Source: Rubripirellula sp. (GTDB lineage Bacteria; Planctomycetota; Planctomycetia; Pirellulales; Pirellulaceae). From it: a stretch of DNA of 64,000 nucleotides. Below the pieces are notes generated by a model, which saw nothing but the letters and a program-made list of their open reading frames with translations, was not told where the DNA came from and ran no database searches. The translations under genes and the position numbers were made by a program. The stretch is from contig OZ244207.1 in assembly GCA_965216875.1 (NCBI GenBank), positions 6,144,001 to 6,208,000 of the forward strand, given 5' to 3'. Each line of letters starts with the position of its first letter. Within the stretch, counting starts at the first letter, position 1. Shown piece by piece: positions 31,490 through 41,675 of this stretch.

Positions 31490-32761
31490 TTGTCTCGCCT
31501 GTTGTTCGTTTCCATTTGTGCGACCGTAGCCGTCGTTTTCACGGCAACCGCTGCGCACTCTCAGGAGGCGAAACCGGTTGTGATTGCCAACGTGACGGTC
31601 GCCGAAGTTCCTTCAGGTCGACGCGTCGTTGGCACGGTGAACCCACGACGCAGTAGCACGATCGGCAGTGCGATCGATGGCCGCGTCCAAGGTTTACTGG
31701 TCGATCAAGGCGACCGGGTTCAAGAGGGCGACGTGCTCTCTCGGCTGCGAACCCAGACGTTGGAAATCGAACGGTCTGCTGCGAAAGCGGAACTTGACTT
31801 GGCCGTCCACCAACTCGCGGAACTTGAAAACGGTGCCCTCCCGGAAGAAATCGCCCAGGCCGAGGCGAACATGCGAACCGCGAAAGCGGCACTCAAGAAC
31901 GCCGAAGGCGACTTGAAACGCATCGAGACCCTTTCCAGTCGCGCGGCCGCCAGCGTGGCCGAACTCGGTGACGCCCAAGAACAAGCTGACGTCGCCAAGT
32001 TCGCTCTCGCCGCCTCCGAAGCATTGTTGAAACGCATCAAAGACGGCGCTCGCATTGAATCGATCCAACAAGCCAAAGCGCAGGTCGCACTGCAACAAGA
32101 ACGTCTCAAACTGATCGAAGACCGCATCAACAAGTCAACAATCACCGCTCCCTTTGATGGCTACATCTCGGCCGAATTCACGGAGGTGGGTGCATGGATT
32201 TCTCAAGGCGATCCCATCGTCGAGATCATTCAGCTTGACGAAGTGGAGATCCAAGCTCCTGTGACGGCCGAGTCGGTCGTTCACCTTCGCATCGGTGATG
32301 TGATCCGCGTCGAGTTCCCCGAGCTGCCCAACGAATTGATCACCGGGACCATCGATCGCATCGTTCCCATTGCCACCTCGCGATCGCGAACGTTTCCGGT
32401 GATCATCAAACTGGAAAACTCAATTCGCGACGGCACGCCGATGTTGATGGCTGGCATGCTCGCGCGCGTCGAAATACCGGCCGGCACGCGTGAAGCTTTG
32501 CCATTGGTTCCCAAAGACTCGCTGGTCCTCAACGGCAACGATCGCAGCGTGTTTTTGGTTGATCGAAAAAGCGACGATGAAGTGATCGCCCGGAAGGTGC
32601 GCGTCGATCTTGGTGTTGCGGTCGACGATCGCATCCAGGTGCGCGGCGATATCGATGCGGACGACCAAGTGGTTGTCGCCGGCAATGAACGCCTGCTTCC
32701 TGGTGCATCGGTCAAGATCCTTCGAAACGTCGACGGCCAATCGACCGAAGACAACCGATAG
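31490..32761 (+). CDS. RND efflux periplasmic adaptor (membrane fusion protein)
   Basis: DGRVQGLLVDQGDRV lipoyl half, long coiled hairpin, ITAPFDG, GMLARV and LVPKDSL motifs. Confidence 0.92.
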   Translation: MSRLLFVSICATVAVVFTATAAHSQEAKPVVIANVTVAEVPSGRRVVGTVNPRRSSTIGSAIDGRVQGLLVDQGDRVQEGDVLSRLRTQTLEIERSAAKAELDLAVHQLAELENGALPEEIAQAEANMRTAKAALKNAEGDLKRIETLSSRAAASVAELGDAQEQADVAKFALAASEALLKRIKDGARIESIQQAKAQVALQQERLKLIEDRINKSTITAPFDGYISAEFTEVGAWISQGDPIVEIIQLDEVEIQAPVTAESVVHLRIGDVIRVEFPELPNELITGTIDRIVPIATSRSRTFPVIIKLENSIRDGTPMLMAGMLARVEIPAGTREALPLVPKDSLVLNGNDRSVFLVDRKSDDEVIARKVRVDLGVAVDDRIQVRGDIDADDQVVVAGNERLLPGASVKILRNVDGQSTEDNR

Positions 32762-32801
32762 CCGCGTTTTCCACCCCGTCGCCCTCCACGTCCCACCAAC
32801 G

Positions 32802-35800
32802 ATGAAACTGTTCGAGACCTTCATTCGAAACCCGGTCAAGGTCTCGGTGTGCGTTTTGATCGTCGTGCTGTTCGGGTCGATCTCATTGGTGACGATGCCC
32901 AAGCAGCTCATTCCGGGCGTGCAGAATCCGATTCTGTCCGTCGAAACGAGTTGGCCCGGCGCAAGCCCTCAAGAGATCGAACGTGAGATCATCCAAGAGC
33001 AAGAAGAACAGCTCGCGGCAGTTCAAGGGCTCGTCAAAATGACATCGCGATGTCGAGACTCGCGCGCCGACATCACGCTTGAATTCGCCGTCGGGACCGA
33101 CATCGAAGACGCGATGATGCGCGTCAACACACGTCTACAACAGGTACGTGAATACCCGATCAACGCTCGTGAGCCGGTGATCGAAGCGTCGGATGTGTCG
33201 GACAGTCCCATCGCCCGTTTCGCCTTGACCGCTCGACCACCCTCGCGCGAAAAGATTGCTGCGTTTCAACAGGAACATCCTGAACTTGCCGAAGCACTCA
33301 CCCCGTCACTAACGGCGATCAATACGGGATTGCGCGTCTACCGACTGCAGCGTCTCTATGACGAACTTGGAAGCGACCATCCCGAGCTCAAAGAACTGCT
33401 GCCGCCCGAAGTCGATCTCCAAGAAGTGCGCAAGCTTTCAGAAGACTTGATTGAACCGCATTTTGAACGCGTCCCCGGTGTTGCCGAGGCCGACACCTAC
33501 GGCGGCCAAGACGAAGAACTTCAAGTCATTGTCGATCCCGAGCGTCTGGCGTCGCGCCAATTGACGATCGAGGATGTCCGTGTCGCCCTCGGTGGCCAAA
33601 ACAAAGACACTTCAGGCGGCAATCTCTGGGAAGGCAAACGACGTTGGGTGATTCGAACACTCGGCCAATTCCGCGACCCCGAGCATGTGCGATTGCAAGT
33701 CCTGGCTACGACGGACGACGGAACGCCGATCTATGTTGGCGATGTTGCCGAAGTCCAAGTCGCCTACAAGAAACTCGACAGCCTCTCTCGGCGCTATGGC
33801 TTGACCAGTAACGGACTCAGTATTCGCCGCGCGTCGGGTGCAAACGTTCTTGAAGTGATGCAGGGTGTTCGTAGAGCAACCGACCAACTGAACAATGGTC
33901 TGCTCAAACGACTCGACCTGGAACTGTTCCAGTATTACGACGAAACCGAATACATCGAATCGGCGATCGGTCTCGTCCAACAAAACATCTTTGTCGGCGG
34001 AGCGCTCACGATCATCGTGTTGTTGCTCTTTCTTCACCTCGGTCGTCGAACCTTGTTGGCCGTTCCGCTGATCGCGTTTTGCGCCGTCGCATCGATCCTC
34101 GTTTCGCCTTGGTTCTTCGTTCTCACTCTCACCCTAACTCTGGTCGCAGGTTTTTGGTTTGGCCGCGGTGCATTGGTCGTCGGACTAGCGATCCCAGTCA
34201 GTATTGTCGGAACGTTCTTGATGCTCGGCTTGATGGGGCGGTCGCTCAATGTGATCAGCCTCGCGGGACTCGCGTTCGCTGTTGGGATGCTTGTTGATAA
34301 CGCGGTCGTCGTATTGGAAAACATTTACCGTCATCGCCAGATGGGCGATTCGGCCTTGAATTCCGCCATCGCGGGTGTCTCGGAAGTTGCCGGCGCCGTC
34401 GTTGCCTCGACGTTGACCACCATCGCGGTATTCATTCCCGTTTTGTTTGTCGAAGAAACCTCGGGCCAACTCTTCCGCGACATCGCATTGGCAATCAGCT
34501 GTGCGGTCAGCCTTTCGCTGCTTGTCTCATTTACGGTCATCCCCACCGCCAGCGCCCGCTTGTTCCAAAAAATGAACAGCCAAGATTCTTCGGACAGGTC
34601 GGCGCCAAGCAAGCCCGTTCAATGGATCGGTGGCGCAGCTGAGCGGTTTGTTGAAGGGATTTATCAAACCAATCGCTGGGTGGTATCGCGTCGTTTGCGA
34701 TGCTTCTTTCTGATCGTTGGAATGGTTACTGTCTCGGTTGGCGCGACCGCACTGCTTTGGCCGCGAGTCGAATACCTGCCGACGGGGAATCGCAACTTTG
34801 TCTTCTGCAGCCTGTCGCCTCCGCCGGGCTACAACATGCAAGAGTTGACCGAAATGGGCAAAAAGGTCGAAGCCGACTTGGAGCCCTATTGGAATGTCGA
34901 TCCCGGCAGTCCTGAAGCCGCCGAACTCGAGTACCCCGCAATCGACTACTACTTCTACGCCGTGCGCGGAACGTCGGTCTTTATGGGTTTTCGGACGGTC
35001 GATGAGACGAGGATTCGCGAACTGATCCCTTTGGTCAAAGCAACCGGATCGCAGTTCCCTGGCACGCGCGCGATCGCCAAACAATCGAGCCTGTTTGAAC
35101 GGGGACTGACAAGCGGAAGAACGATCGACATCGAGATCACCGGTGGCGACCTCGACAAACTGATCGCCATTGGTCAACGCGTGATCGACGACGTCAAACG
35201 TTTGATCCCCGAAGCTCAAGCGATGCCCCAACCGAGCTTGGACCTATCAAGCCCCGAGATTCATGTCACACCCAAACTCGTCGAATCGTCCGAGATGGGC
35301 ATCAGTGCTTCCGAATTGGGTTACACCGTCGACGCGTTGGTCGATGGTGCCTACGCAGGCGACTACTTTGTCGCTGGCGACAAGATCGACTTGACGATCA
35401 TTGGCAAGGACGCGTTCGACCGACGCACTCAAGATCTCTTGTCGATTCCAGTGGCAACGCGTTCGGGCGAAACGGTGCCGCTTTCGGCGCTGGCAAGCAT
35501 CAAGTACAGCAGCGGTCCCGAAGCGATCTACCGCCGGGAAAAACTCCGTGCGATCACGATCTCGGTCACCCCACCGATCGAGATGCCGCTCGAGGAAGCA
35601 ATGTTGGTCATCAGCGGCGAGATCGTCGAAGCGCTGCATGACGATGGTTCGCTCGATGGGGAAACAATGATCGCACTGTCGGGAACGGCCGATAAGTTGC
35701 GTCAAGCGTGGGAAGCACTTCGTTGGAACTTGCTGCTCGCGCTGGTGATCACTTATCTGTTGATGGCCGCACTTTTCGAGTCGTGGATCTATCCGCTGGT

Positions 35801-36248
35801 GATTCTGTTTAGTGTCCCGTTGGGTTCGGTCGGTGGCGTGCTCGGTTTGTGGGTATTGAACCTGTTTATCTTTCAAGCACTCGACGTGATCACGATGCTT
35901 GGCTTCGTGATTCTGATCGGCACCGTGGTCAACAATGCCATCTTGATCGTTCACCAATCGCTCCATCTGATGCGCAGCGGAACGCCGCCGCGACAAGCCG
36001 TTCCCGATAGCGTTCGCACGCGAATTCGGCCGATCTTTATTACCACGTCGACAACGGTATTGGGACTGTTGCCGCTGGTGATCTTCCCGGGGGCCGGCAG
36101 TGAACTTTATCGAGGCCTCGGCGCGGTTGTCCTCGGCGGCCTCTTGATTTCGACCCTATTCACCCTCTTCCTCGTCCCCGCCGTCTTCGTCCTCACGATG
36201 GACGTTGTCAAACGGGGCCAAGCACTTATCGCGCCGACGAGCGAATAA
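32802..36248 (+). CDS. RND efflux permease (AcrB/AcrD/AcrF family)
   Basis: WPGASPQEIE, GMLVDNAVVVLENI, GTVVNNAIL, RIRPIFITT, GSELYRGL. Start trimmed to ATG 32802. Confidence 0.95.
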   Translation: MKLFETFIRNPVKVSVCVLIVVLFGSISLVTMPKQLIPGVQNPILSVETSWPGASPQEIEREIIQEQEEQLAAVQGLVKMTSRCRDSRADITLEFAVGTDIEDAMMRVNTRLQQVREYPINAREPVIEASDVSDSPIARFALTARPPSREKIAAFQQEHPELAEALTPSLTAINTGLRVYRLQRLYDELGSDHPELKELLPPEVDLQEVRKLSEDLIEPHFERVPGVAEADTYGGQDEELQVIVDPERLASRQLTIEDVRVALGGQNKDTSGGNLWEGKRRWVIRTLGQFRDPEHVRLQVLATTDDGTPIYVGDVAEVQVAYKKLDSLSRRYGLTSNGLSIRRASGANVLEVMQGVRRATDQLNNGLLKRLDLELFQYYDETEYIESAIGLVQQNIFVGGALTIIVLLLFLHLGRRTLLAVPLIAFCAVASILVSPWFFVLTLTLTLVAGFWFGRGALVVGLAIPVSIVGTFLMLGLMGRSLNVISLAGLAFAVGMLVDNAVVVLENIYRHRQMGDSALNSAIAGVSEVAGAVVASTLTTIAVFIPVLFVEETSGQLFRDIALAISCAVSLSLLVSFTVIPTASARLFQKMNSQDSSDRSAPSKPVQWIGGAAERFVEGIYQTNRWVVSRRLRCFFLIVGMVTVSVGATALLWPRVEYLPTGNRNFVFCSLSPPPGYNMQELTEMGKKVEADLEPYWNVDPGSPEAAELEYPAIDYYFYAVRGTSVFMGFRTVDETRIRELIPLVKATGSQFPGTRAIAKQSSLFERGLTSGRTIDIEITGGDLDKLIAIGQRVIDDVKRLIPEAQAMPQPSLDLSSPEIHVTPKLVESSEMGISASELGYTVDALVDGAYAGDYFVAGDKIDLTIIGKDAFDRRTQDLLSIPVATRSGETVPLSALASIKYSSGPEAIYRREKLRAITISVTPPIEMPLEEAMLVISGEIVEALHDDGSLDGETMIALSGTADKLRQAWEALRWNLLLALVITYLLMAALFESWIYPLVILFSVPLGSVGGVLGLWVLNLFIFQALDVITMLGFVILIGTVVNNAILIVHQSLHLMRSGTPPRQAVPDSVRTRIRPIFITTSTTVLGLLPLVIFPGAGSELYRGLGAVVLGGLLISTLFTLFLVPAVFVLTMDVVKRGQALIAPTSE

Positions 36249-36930
36249 GACGAATGGCAACCGCGGTGTTCCAGAGCGTTTGCATGGCGACAAAGGCGAT
36301 CATGCCGGAGTGAGTCGCTTCGAGGTTTCCCGAGGCGACGCCGCCCATGCCAATCACGGCAACCACCATTCCGATCGCGGCGGTCATTCGCATCGGAGTC
36401 GTCTGGCGCAGCATGCTGACGGACCAGAACAGAATTCCCAGCGACATACTGAGCACGCCCATCAACGCCATGACTCGAAGGATGTCGAGCAAGACGTGGC
36501 CGATGGCGTGTGCAAAGTCATCGTTGCCAGCGTCGCTCAATTCCTCGACAACACCCCAGTAGACAAAACCGTCGATTGTCGCTGCGACGATCATGCACAG
36601 ACCGCCGAACACATAGGTGATCGTTCCGGCACGGACGCACAATCGACTGCTGCCCATCAAACTTGCCAGATAGCTTGTCGATAACACGAATGTCGCGATC
36701 ACCACCACCAACGTGCCGTGCACGAGCGCGTTGAGATGATGCATAAAACGGGTTGCATGAGCCGCATCCCCAAACATCTCATGTTCATGCTGGAGCCCGT
36801 CGGCGGTGGGATGATGCAGAATCCCGACAACCGAAATGAGCGACGCCACAACGAGTAAAATGCCGGCGATCCGCATGTCGCTGCCACGTTGTTTTTCGGT
36901 ACTGTCGATGTTCGAATCAATTTGCGTCAT
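36226..36930 (-). CDS. Hypothetical multi-pass membrane protein (His-rich loop)
   Basis: About six hydrophobic segments; HHP, VHG and AATIDGF motifs; divergent from TetR. Confidence 0.8.
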   Translation of the reverse strand: MTQIDSNIDSTEKQRGSDMRIAGILLVVASLISVVGILHHPTADGLQHEHEMFGDAAHATRFMHHLNALVHGTLVVVIATFVLSTSYLASLMGSSRLCVRAGTITYVFGGLCMIVAATIDGFVYWGVVEELSDAGNDDFAHAIGHVLLDILRVMALMGVLSMSLGILFWSVSMLRQTTPMRMTAAIGMVVAVIGMGGVASGNLEATHSGMIAFVAMQTLWNTAVAIRLIRSSAR

Positions 36931-37031
36931 CACGCTTCCTTCTCAGTTCTCAATAAGGTTCAATTGCAGTGCGGCATGATCACGAAAACCAACGACAACG
37001 CTCAACCTGCATCGGGCTCTCGGGAGTGATT

Positions 37032-37057
37032 TCGGACAGAATCGAGAATGTGTCCGA
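37032..37057. promoter_or_regulatory. Candidate TetR operator
   Basis: Inverted repeat TCGGACA-N12-TGTCCGA in the divergent intergenic region. Confidence 0.55.
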
Positions 37058-37081
37058 TTTCGACATCAACCACCGCCAGCC

Positions 37082-37612
37082 ATGACTGAACAGAAGAAAT
37101 CAAAGGCCCGGCAAGCACTCGCCGAGGCGTTTCGCGAGCTCGTCGTCACGCGCGATTACAACGACTTCCACGTCGCCGACATCATCTCGCAGGCAGATGT
37201 GAGTCGTTCGACTTTTTACGAACACTATCGAAACAAAGACGACATCCTTCGCGAGTCGCTCGCGGTTGTGATTGACGCACTTTCAGGAGTCGGATTCGAT
37301 GACGGCACCGATCGCGAAACGCTTGCCTTTTGGATGAACCACTTCCGCGACGTCAAAGAAGTTGCCGTGGTCTTTTTCAAATCGGACGTCAGCGAAATCG
37401 TGGTGAAGATGTTGGCGGAATCCATCGCGGATCGACTCGACCAGCACGGCCGAACAGGCTCCGTGCCGCACAAGCTCCTTGCCTTGCAGGTCGCCCATTC
37501 AACCATCGGGTTCATTCGAGCGTGGCTCACCCAATTCAATGAAATTGCCGGCGAAACAGCAACGGATCAACTACTTACTTCGACGCGTCTGCTCATCAAC
37601 ACTCAGGACTAG
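37082..37612 (+). CDS. TetR/AcrR-family regulator
   Basis: VADIISQADVSRSTFYEHYRNKDDIL HTH. Confidence 0.92.
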   Translation: MTEQKKSKARQALAEAFRELVVTRDYNDFHVADIISQADVSRSTFYEHYRNKDDILRESLAVVIDALSGVGFDDGTDRETLAFWMNHFRDVKEVAVVFFKSDVSEIVVKMLAESIADRLDQHGRTGSVPHKLLALQVAHSTIGFIRAWLTQFNEIAGETATDQLLTSTRLLINTQD

Positions 37613-37614
37613 CC

Positions 37615-38097
37615 ATGCGTACCGCGACAACCGCAAACGACGTCGACCAGATCGCCCACTGCATTGCCAATCTTGTTCGATTTGTGCAGCAGCAGGACGC
37701 AGGGTGCATCGATCCCTACGCGATGGGTCTCTCAACCGAGGCCCACGAGTACGCGGCCAAATACATCAATAGCGACGACGCCTTTGCGTTGGTCGAAGAA
37801 AGGGACGAGCGCGTCGTCGCCTGCCTTGCCGCGCGGATCACCGAAACATCTTTTCCGCCGAGCAGCATCGGTTTAGTCGGCATGATCGATGTTTGTTGGG
37901 TCGACCAAGATCACCGCCAAAAGGGAATTGGTAAACGAATGCTTCGTGAAGCGGAAAACCGATTTCGCGTGTCAGGTGTCAAACACATCGAACTCTCCTA
38001 CTTGGCAAGCAACGGCATTGCCGAGAAAGCATGGCACGGCCTCGGTTTCAAACCGTTTCGCATCTTCGCGTTCAAGGAGATCCCAAGTGAGCCGTGA
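37615..38097 (+). CDS. GNAT-family N-acetyltransferase
   Basis: WVDQDHRQKGIGKRML acetyl-CoA motif A; N...AEKAWHGLGF. Confidence 0.9.
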   Translation: MRTATTANDVDQIAHCIANLVRFVQQQDAGCIDPYAMGLSTEAHEYAAKYINSDDAFALVEERDERVVACLAARITETSFPPSSIGLVGMIDVCWVDQDHRQKGIGKRMLREAENRFRVSGVKHIELSYLASNGIAEKAWHGLGFKPFRIFAFKEIPSEP

Positions 38098-38401
38098 CTC
38101 ACGTCAGCGGCGCATTGGCTGCTGTTGGTAGTACCGAGCTTTAGCCGGAGTCTTCTCAAATTCCACTCTTCTTGAACTGCATGTTTTTGCCAGCTCTCTT
38201 CAATCTGTCCCAGGCTATGATCACAAGCTGAACCTTTTGTGTGTCTTCTCGTGTTTCTCGTGGCCCATCGACTACCCGGAAACCCCGTGAGCGCGCCGCT
38301 CCTGAGGAGTCGAAACCGCGACAGCTCGGCGGGAGCCTCGCCCTCCCATCTTTCAAAGACAAGCTGGGGGACAGACCACCAAGGCTGAGCGTAGCGCGTC
38401 T

Positions 38402-38677
38402 GTGGGCGCTGAGCGATGGGAATACGGATCCTTGTGGCGATGGCTTCAGAAACCGGAACCCGATCCTCCGCTGCTATCGTCATGGCCCATCCTTCGCTCA
38501 CCCGAATGGGTCGCGCGCGTCAACGATCCGCTTACCGATAAGGAGCGTGAAGCTATTCGGACCAGTGTCCAACGAGAGCGTCCGTTCGGAGACGCTACTT
38601 GGACAGAAGCGATTGCTGGTCGGCTCGGTCTGTGGTCCACGATCCGACCTCGCGTAAGACCCCGCAAGCACTTCTAG
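38402..38677 (+). pseudogene. C-terminal remnant of an IS200/RAYT-like (Y1) transposase
   Basis: AERWEYGSLW...WVARVN.PLT..E.EAIRTSV.RERPFG...W....A.RLGL.ST.RPR.RPRK resembles RAYT C-termini. The HUH catalytic region is absent. Confidence 0.65.
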
Positions 38678-38790
38678 CCAAAAAAGACCCCCGCCCCTAT
38701 TCTTCTGTACTTATTCAACGCGAAGTCGCAAGGGCGCTCGGGGGATTCGCTTGGAGATCTCGTTGCCCAACTTTGCGTACTTGGTTTTAA

Positions 38791-38884
38791 TAAGTTGTTC
38801 ACGACACGATGAATTCCGTCTTTCACTTGCCTGTTCGCTAGAACGAATCGCTAGCCCCAGCTTCAGTTTCTTTCGTCGCAAGAA
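38791..38884 (-). pseudogene. Frameshifted C-terminal remnant of a GxxExxY-family gene
   Basis: FLRRKKLKLGL and, in another frame, QVKDGIHRVVNNL resemble the family C-terminus (YLR...KLG.L.NF...KDGI.R.VN.L). Flanked by CTTTGCG/CTCTGCG-type short repeats. Confidence 0.45.
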
Positions 38885-39433
38885 ACGCTATTCGTTATGC
38901 GTTCTTCTCTTTGCGTCATTGCGCCCTCGCGCCTCTGCGTTTTCGCAGCCGTAAACGCCACCAAAAAACTTGTTCTACCTTGTTAAAGGTTGGTGGAAGC
39001 CTTCGCCGCGATGTGAAAGGCTTCGCCGGGGTCAGGCCTTGTGTTCCAACAAGACGGCGCGATGGAGGGTTGGCAAGAAGTACAGGAAAGAGAGACAGAA
39101 AAATGGGGGACAAAAGATGGGGTTGCTTCAAGACCTGTCACCTAGCGTGGCATTCGAATGCGTTGGCAAAAAGATGTGCGGCAGAAAGATGAAGACGGGT
39201 CATCGTCACTTTATGAGAACAGTAGATGAGCTTGGATAAACACTTACACATCATCTGCGTTCATTCGTGTGTATCTACGGTTCCTCTCGAGAGCCTTGAA
39301 GCATCATGGCGACTCCCCATCCTGTGCCTATTGGAGATTATCACGAACGAGCCGGATCACACGATTGAAGAATCGACAATGCGTTCGCAACGTAGCACGT
39401 CGTTTTGTGGCCGGTTCGGGTTCGCCACGCATC

Positions 39434-40444
39434 TCACGAGCGACAAAGTGAGAGAAGCAGTCTAACGGGCGGCTCTTTCAAGAATTCTTCGTCGGCCACC
39501 TCCGCGAGTCGCTTTGTGGTTTCTCTCGCCTCATCCATTCGATCGGCGCTGACGAGCACTCGAGCTTTTCCAAAGAAGGCTGGCGAGTACTCGTCATCGC
39601 ATTCGATGGAGCGATCAAAGCTCTCAAGCGCCTCGTCAACTCGGCCAAGCTTCGCTAAACACTCGGCGTGGTTGTTCCACAACGGCGGGTTGTTTTCTCC
39701 TGATTCAGCAATCGCGTCAAAACACTCAAGCGCGTCTTCAAATCGATCAAGCCTTGCCAGACAAAGGGCGAGTTCTCCGAGGGCAACGGTATTTCGCGAA
39801 GTTGCGTAGGCCTGCTCAACCAACTCCAATCCCTTTTCGTCGCCGCGATGAACCATGCAGACGCCAATTCCGAGACCGGCTGCATAGTCCTCTTTGTCGA
39901 GAGTCAATGCTCGTCGATAACTCTCTTCCGCTTCTTCGAGCCGTCCCAGTGAACGCAAACTATTGCCACGGTTGGACCAGGTCATTGGATCTTCGGTATC
40001 AATGGCGAGCGCCGCCTCATAGGCTAGAAGCGCCCCTTCGTGAAGTCCGTTGTCATCAAGGATCCCGCCCATATTGATCCAAGCGTCGGCCATCGTTGGA
40101 TCGATATCAACCACCTTCTGGTAGCACTCGACCGCCTCGCGAAGATCATCGTGGTCTTTGTAGAGGTTTGCCAGATTGTAAAGTGGCAAGGCTGCCATCT
40201 CTCCGGCATGCTCGGCCGATGCCGTGTAGGCAGCGACTGCTTGTTCCTTCTCGCCTTTGGCACCATGCGCGATGCCTTTCATAAAGAGAAGCTGAGCGTT
40301 GGTAGCATCGCTTGGGAGAAAACCGTCCAACCGCTCAATCGCGAGATCAAACTGTCCTTCTTCGATGAGGTTGTGAACTTCAAGGCTGAACTGATCGACG
40401 TCGACATCGTTCACTATGCTTCTCCGGTTCAATGATTCCAACAA
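39434..40444 (-). CDS. Tetratricopeptide repeat protein
   Basis: Multiple TPRs (AWINMGGIL, TWSNRGNSLRSLGRLEEA, LAKLGRVDEALESFDRSI). Start uncertain. Confidence 0.9.
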   Translation of the reverse strand: MLESLNRRSIVNDVDVDQFSLEVHNLIEEGQFDLAIERLDGFLPSDATNAQLLFMKGIAHGAKGEKEQAVAAYTASAEHAGEMAALPLYNLANLYKDHDDLREAVECYQKVVDIDPTMADAWINMGGILDDNGLHEGALLAYEAALAIDTEDPMTWSNRGNSLRSLGRLEEAEESYRRALTLDKEDYAAGLGIGVCMVHRGDEKGLELVEQAYATSRNTVALGELALCLARLDRFEDALECFDAIAESGENNPPLWNNHAECLAKLGRVDEALESFDRSIECDDEYSPAFFGKARVLVSADRMDEARETTKRLAEVADEEFLKEPPVRLLLSLCRS

Positions 40445-40660
40445 AAGTCACCCAAAAGAAATGGAAGTGACCTTTCGGTGTCATTGTCGCCGGTTTTCGC
40501 GTGAAGCAACAGACGGCCACCAGCCGTGAGCTGGCGAGTTTTTTACCCCGTTCGACCAAGTGAGAAGCGACTCGGTCGCGCAAACGGCGTTCATGCGAAC
40601 ACCCCAAGCCCTTCATGCGCGACGCGATCGCGCATGAAGGACCAGCGGGCATCAAGCGAC

Positions 40661-41011
40661 CTACGGTTCCAGGATGAGGCCGCCAAATCCGTCGCCACCA
40701 GCTGCGGTGGCTGCGCCGAACACATTGTTGTCCAAACGACCGGTGTCGGTGTTGGCAAGAATCGTTGCGGCATCGAGCGCGATCGCACCGGATGCTGGGG
40801 TCGTCGTTTCGATCAACTTGCCCGAGACGATTGGACCATTGTCGTCAGCGTGGGCACCAGGCAAGACGGACGCGACTGCGGCGACCAAGTCGCTCGTTTG
40901 ATGACCGAACAGCGACACCGAAGCGGCACAGATAAGTGCGACGCCTGCGATGATCAAACCGTACTCGACCAGACCTTGTCCCTTTTTGTTGCGAATGAGT
41001 TTTCGTGACAT
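40661..41011 (-). CDS. Flp/type IVb-like pilin with extended C-terminus
   Basis: Basic leader, KKG|QGLVEYGLIIA cleavage/Flp motif (E+5, Y+6), hydrophobic helix; AGGA RBS. Confidence 0.85.
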   Translation of the reverse strand: MSRKLIRNKKGQGLVEYGLIIAGVALICAASVSLFGHQTSDLVAAVASVLPGAHADDNGPIVSGKLIETTTPASGAIALDAATILANTDTGRLDNNVFGAATAAGGDGFGGLILEP

Positions 41012-41221
41012 GTAACTGTTTCCTATTGAAAAATGTGCTTAGTTAAAAATGGGGTCGCCGAACGCAAACGGTTCGACAGATTGGTTACTAGGACTGCGTA
41101 GACTCGCAGACCTCGTTTTTTGATCGCGATCGTTCGACCGCAATGACAAGTGAACATGGTTGGTTGCACGCGCTTGCATGAAGAACCAACGACGAAAACG
41201 ACGCGAAACGGATTCCGCAAT

Positions 41222-41626
41222 TCAACCGCCGGGTGGACCTCGAGGAAGAAAGCTCGAGCGTGTTGTTGCGGAAATCAATTCCGCACAACACGGACGCGCG
41301 ACCGCTGCCACCGCCACATCCATGACCACCGATGACTCGATCGGCGCCTGTTGAGGTTGCGCCAGAATTTGGCAGAAAGCACAAGGTGACGAATCGCGTC
41401 GTTTGCGGTCATCAGAAGGATCCGACGGTTCATTGTCGGCTTGTTGGATGGTTAGCGAGCACTCGGGATCGCTGCAACAGGTCACTCCAGCGGTGGAGCG
41501 AACGTAGAAATGCAACGATCGCGGACCGGTGAATTGAACGCAACAAAGCGTCAATACGACCAGCGCAAGCAAGAGCCTTGCGGCTCGCTTGGCTGCGATC
41601 GTTCCTTGACGCCTTATTCGTTGCAT
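41222..41626 (-). CDS. DUF2946/CruR-like leader protein (TM, CxxC, C-terminal RGPP)
   Basis: Hydrophobic N-terminal segment followed by LH, CAFC motif, ends FLPRGPPGG*. Alternative TTG start at 41650. Confidence 0.75.
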   Translation of the reverse strand: MQRIRRQGTIAAKRAARLLLALVVLTLCCVQFTGPRSLHFYVRSTAGVTCCSDPECSLTIQQADNEPSDPSDDRKRRDSSPCAFCQILAQPQQAPIESSVVMDVAVAAVARPCCAELISATTRSSFLPRGPPGG

Positions 41627-41675
41627 GATCAATGTTGGCTCAGTGTTCAACAGATGCGTTTCGACGCTTTCGCTC

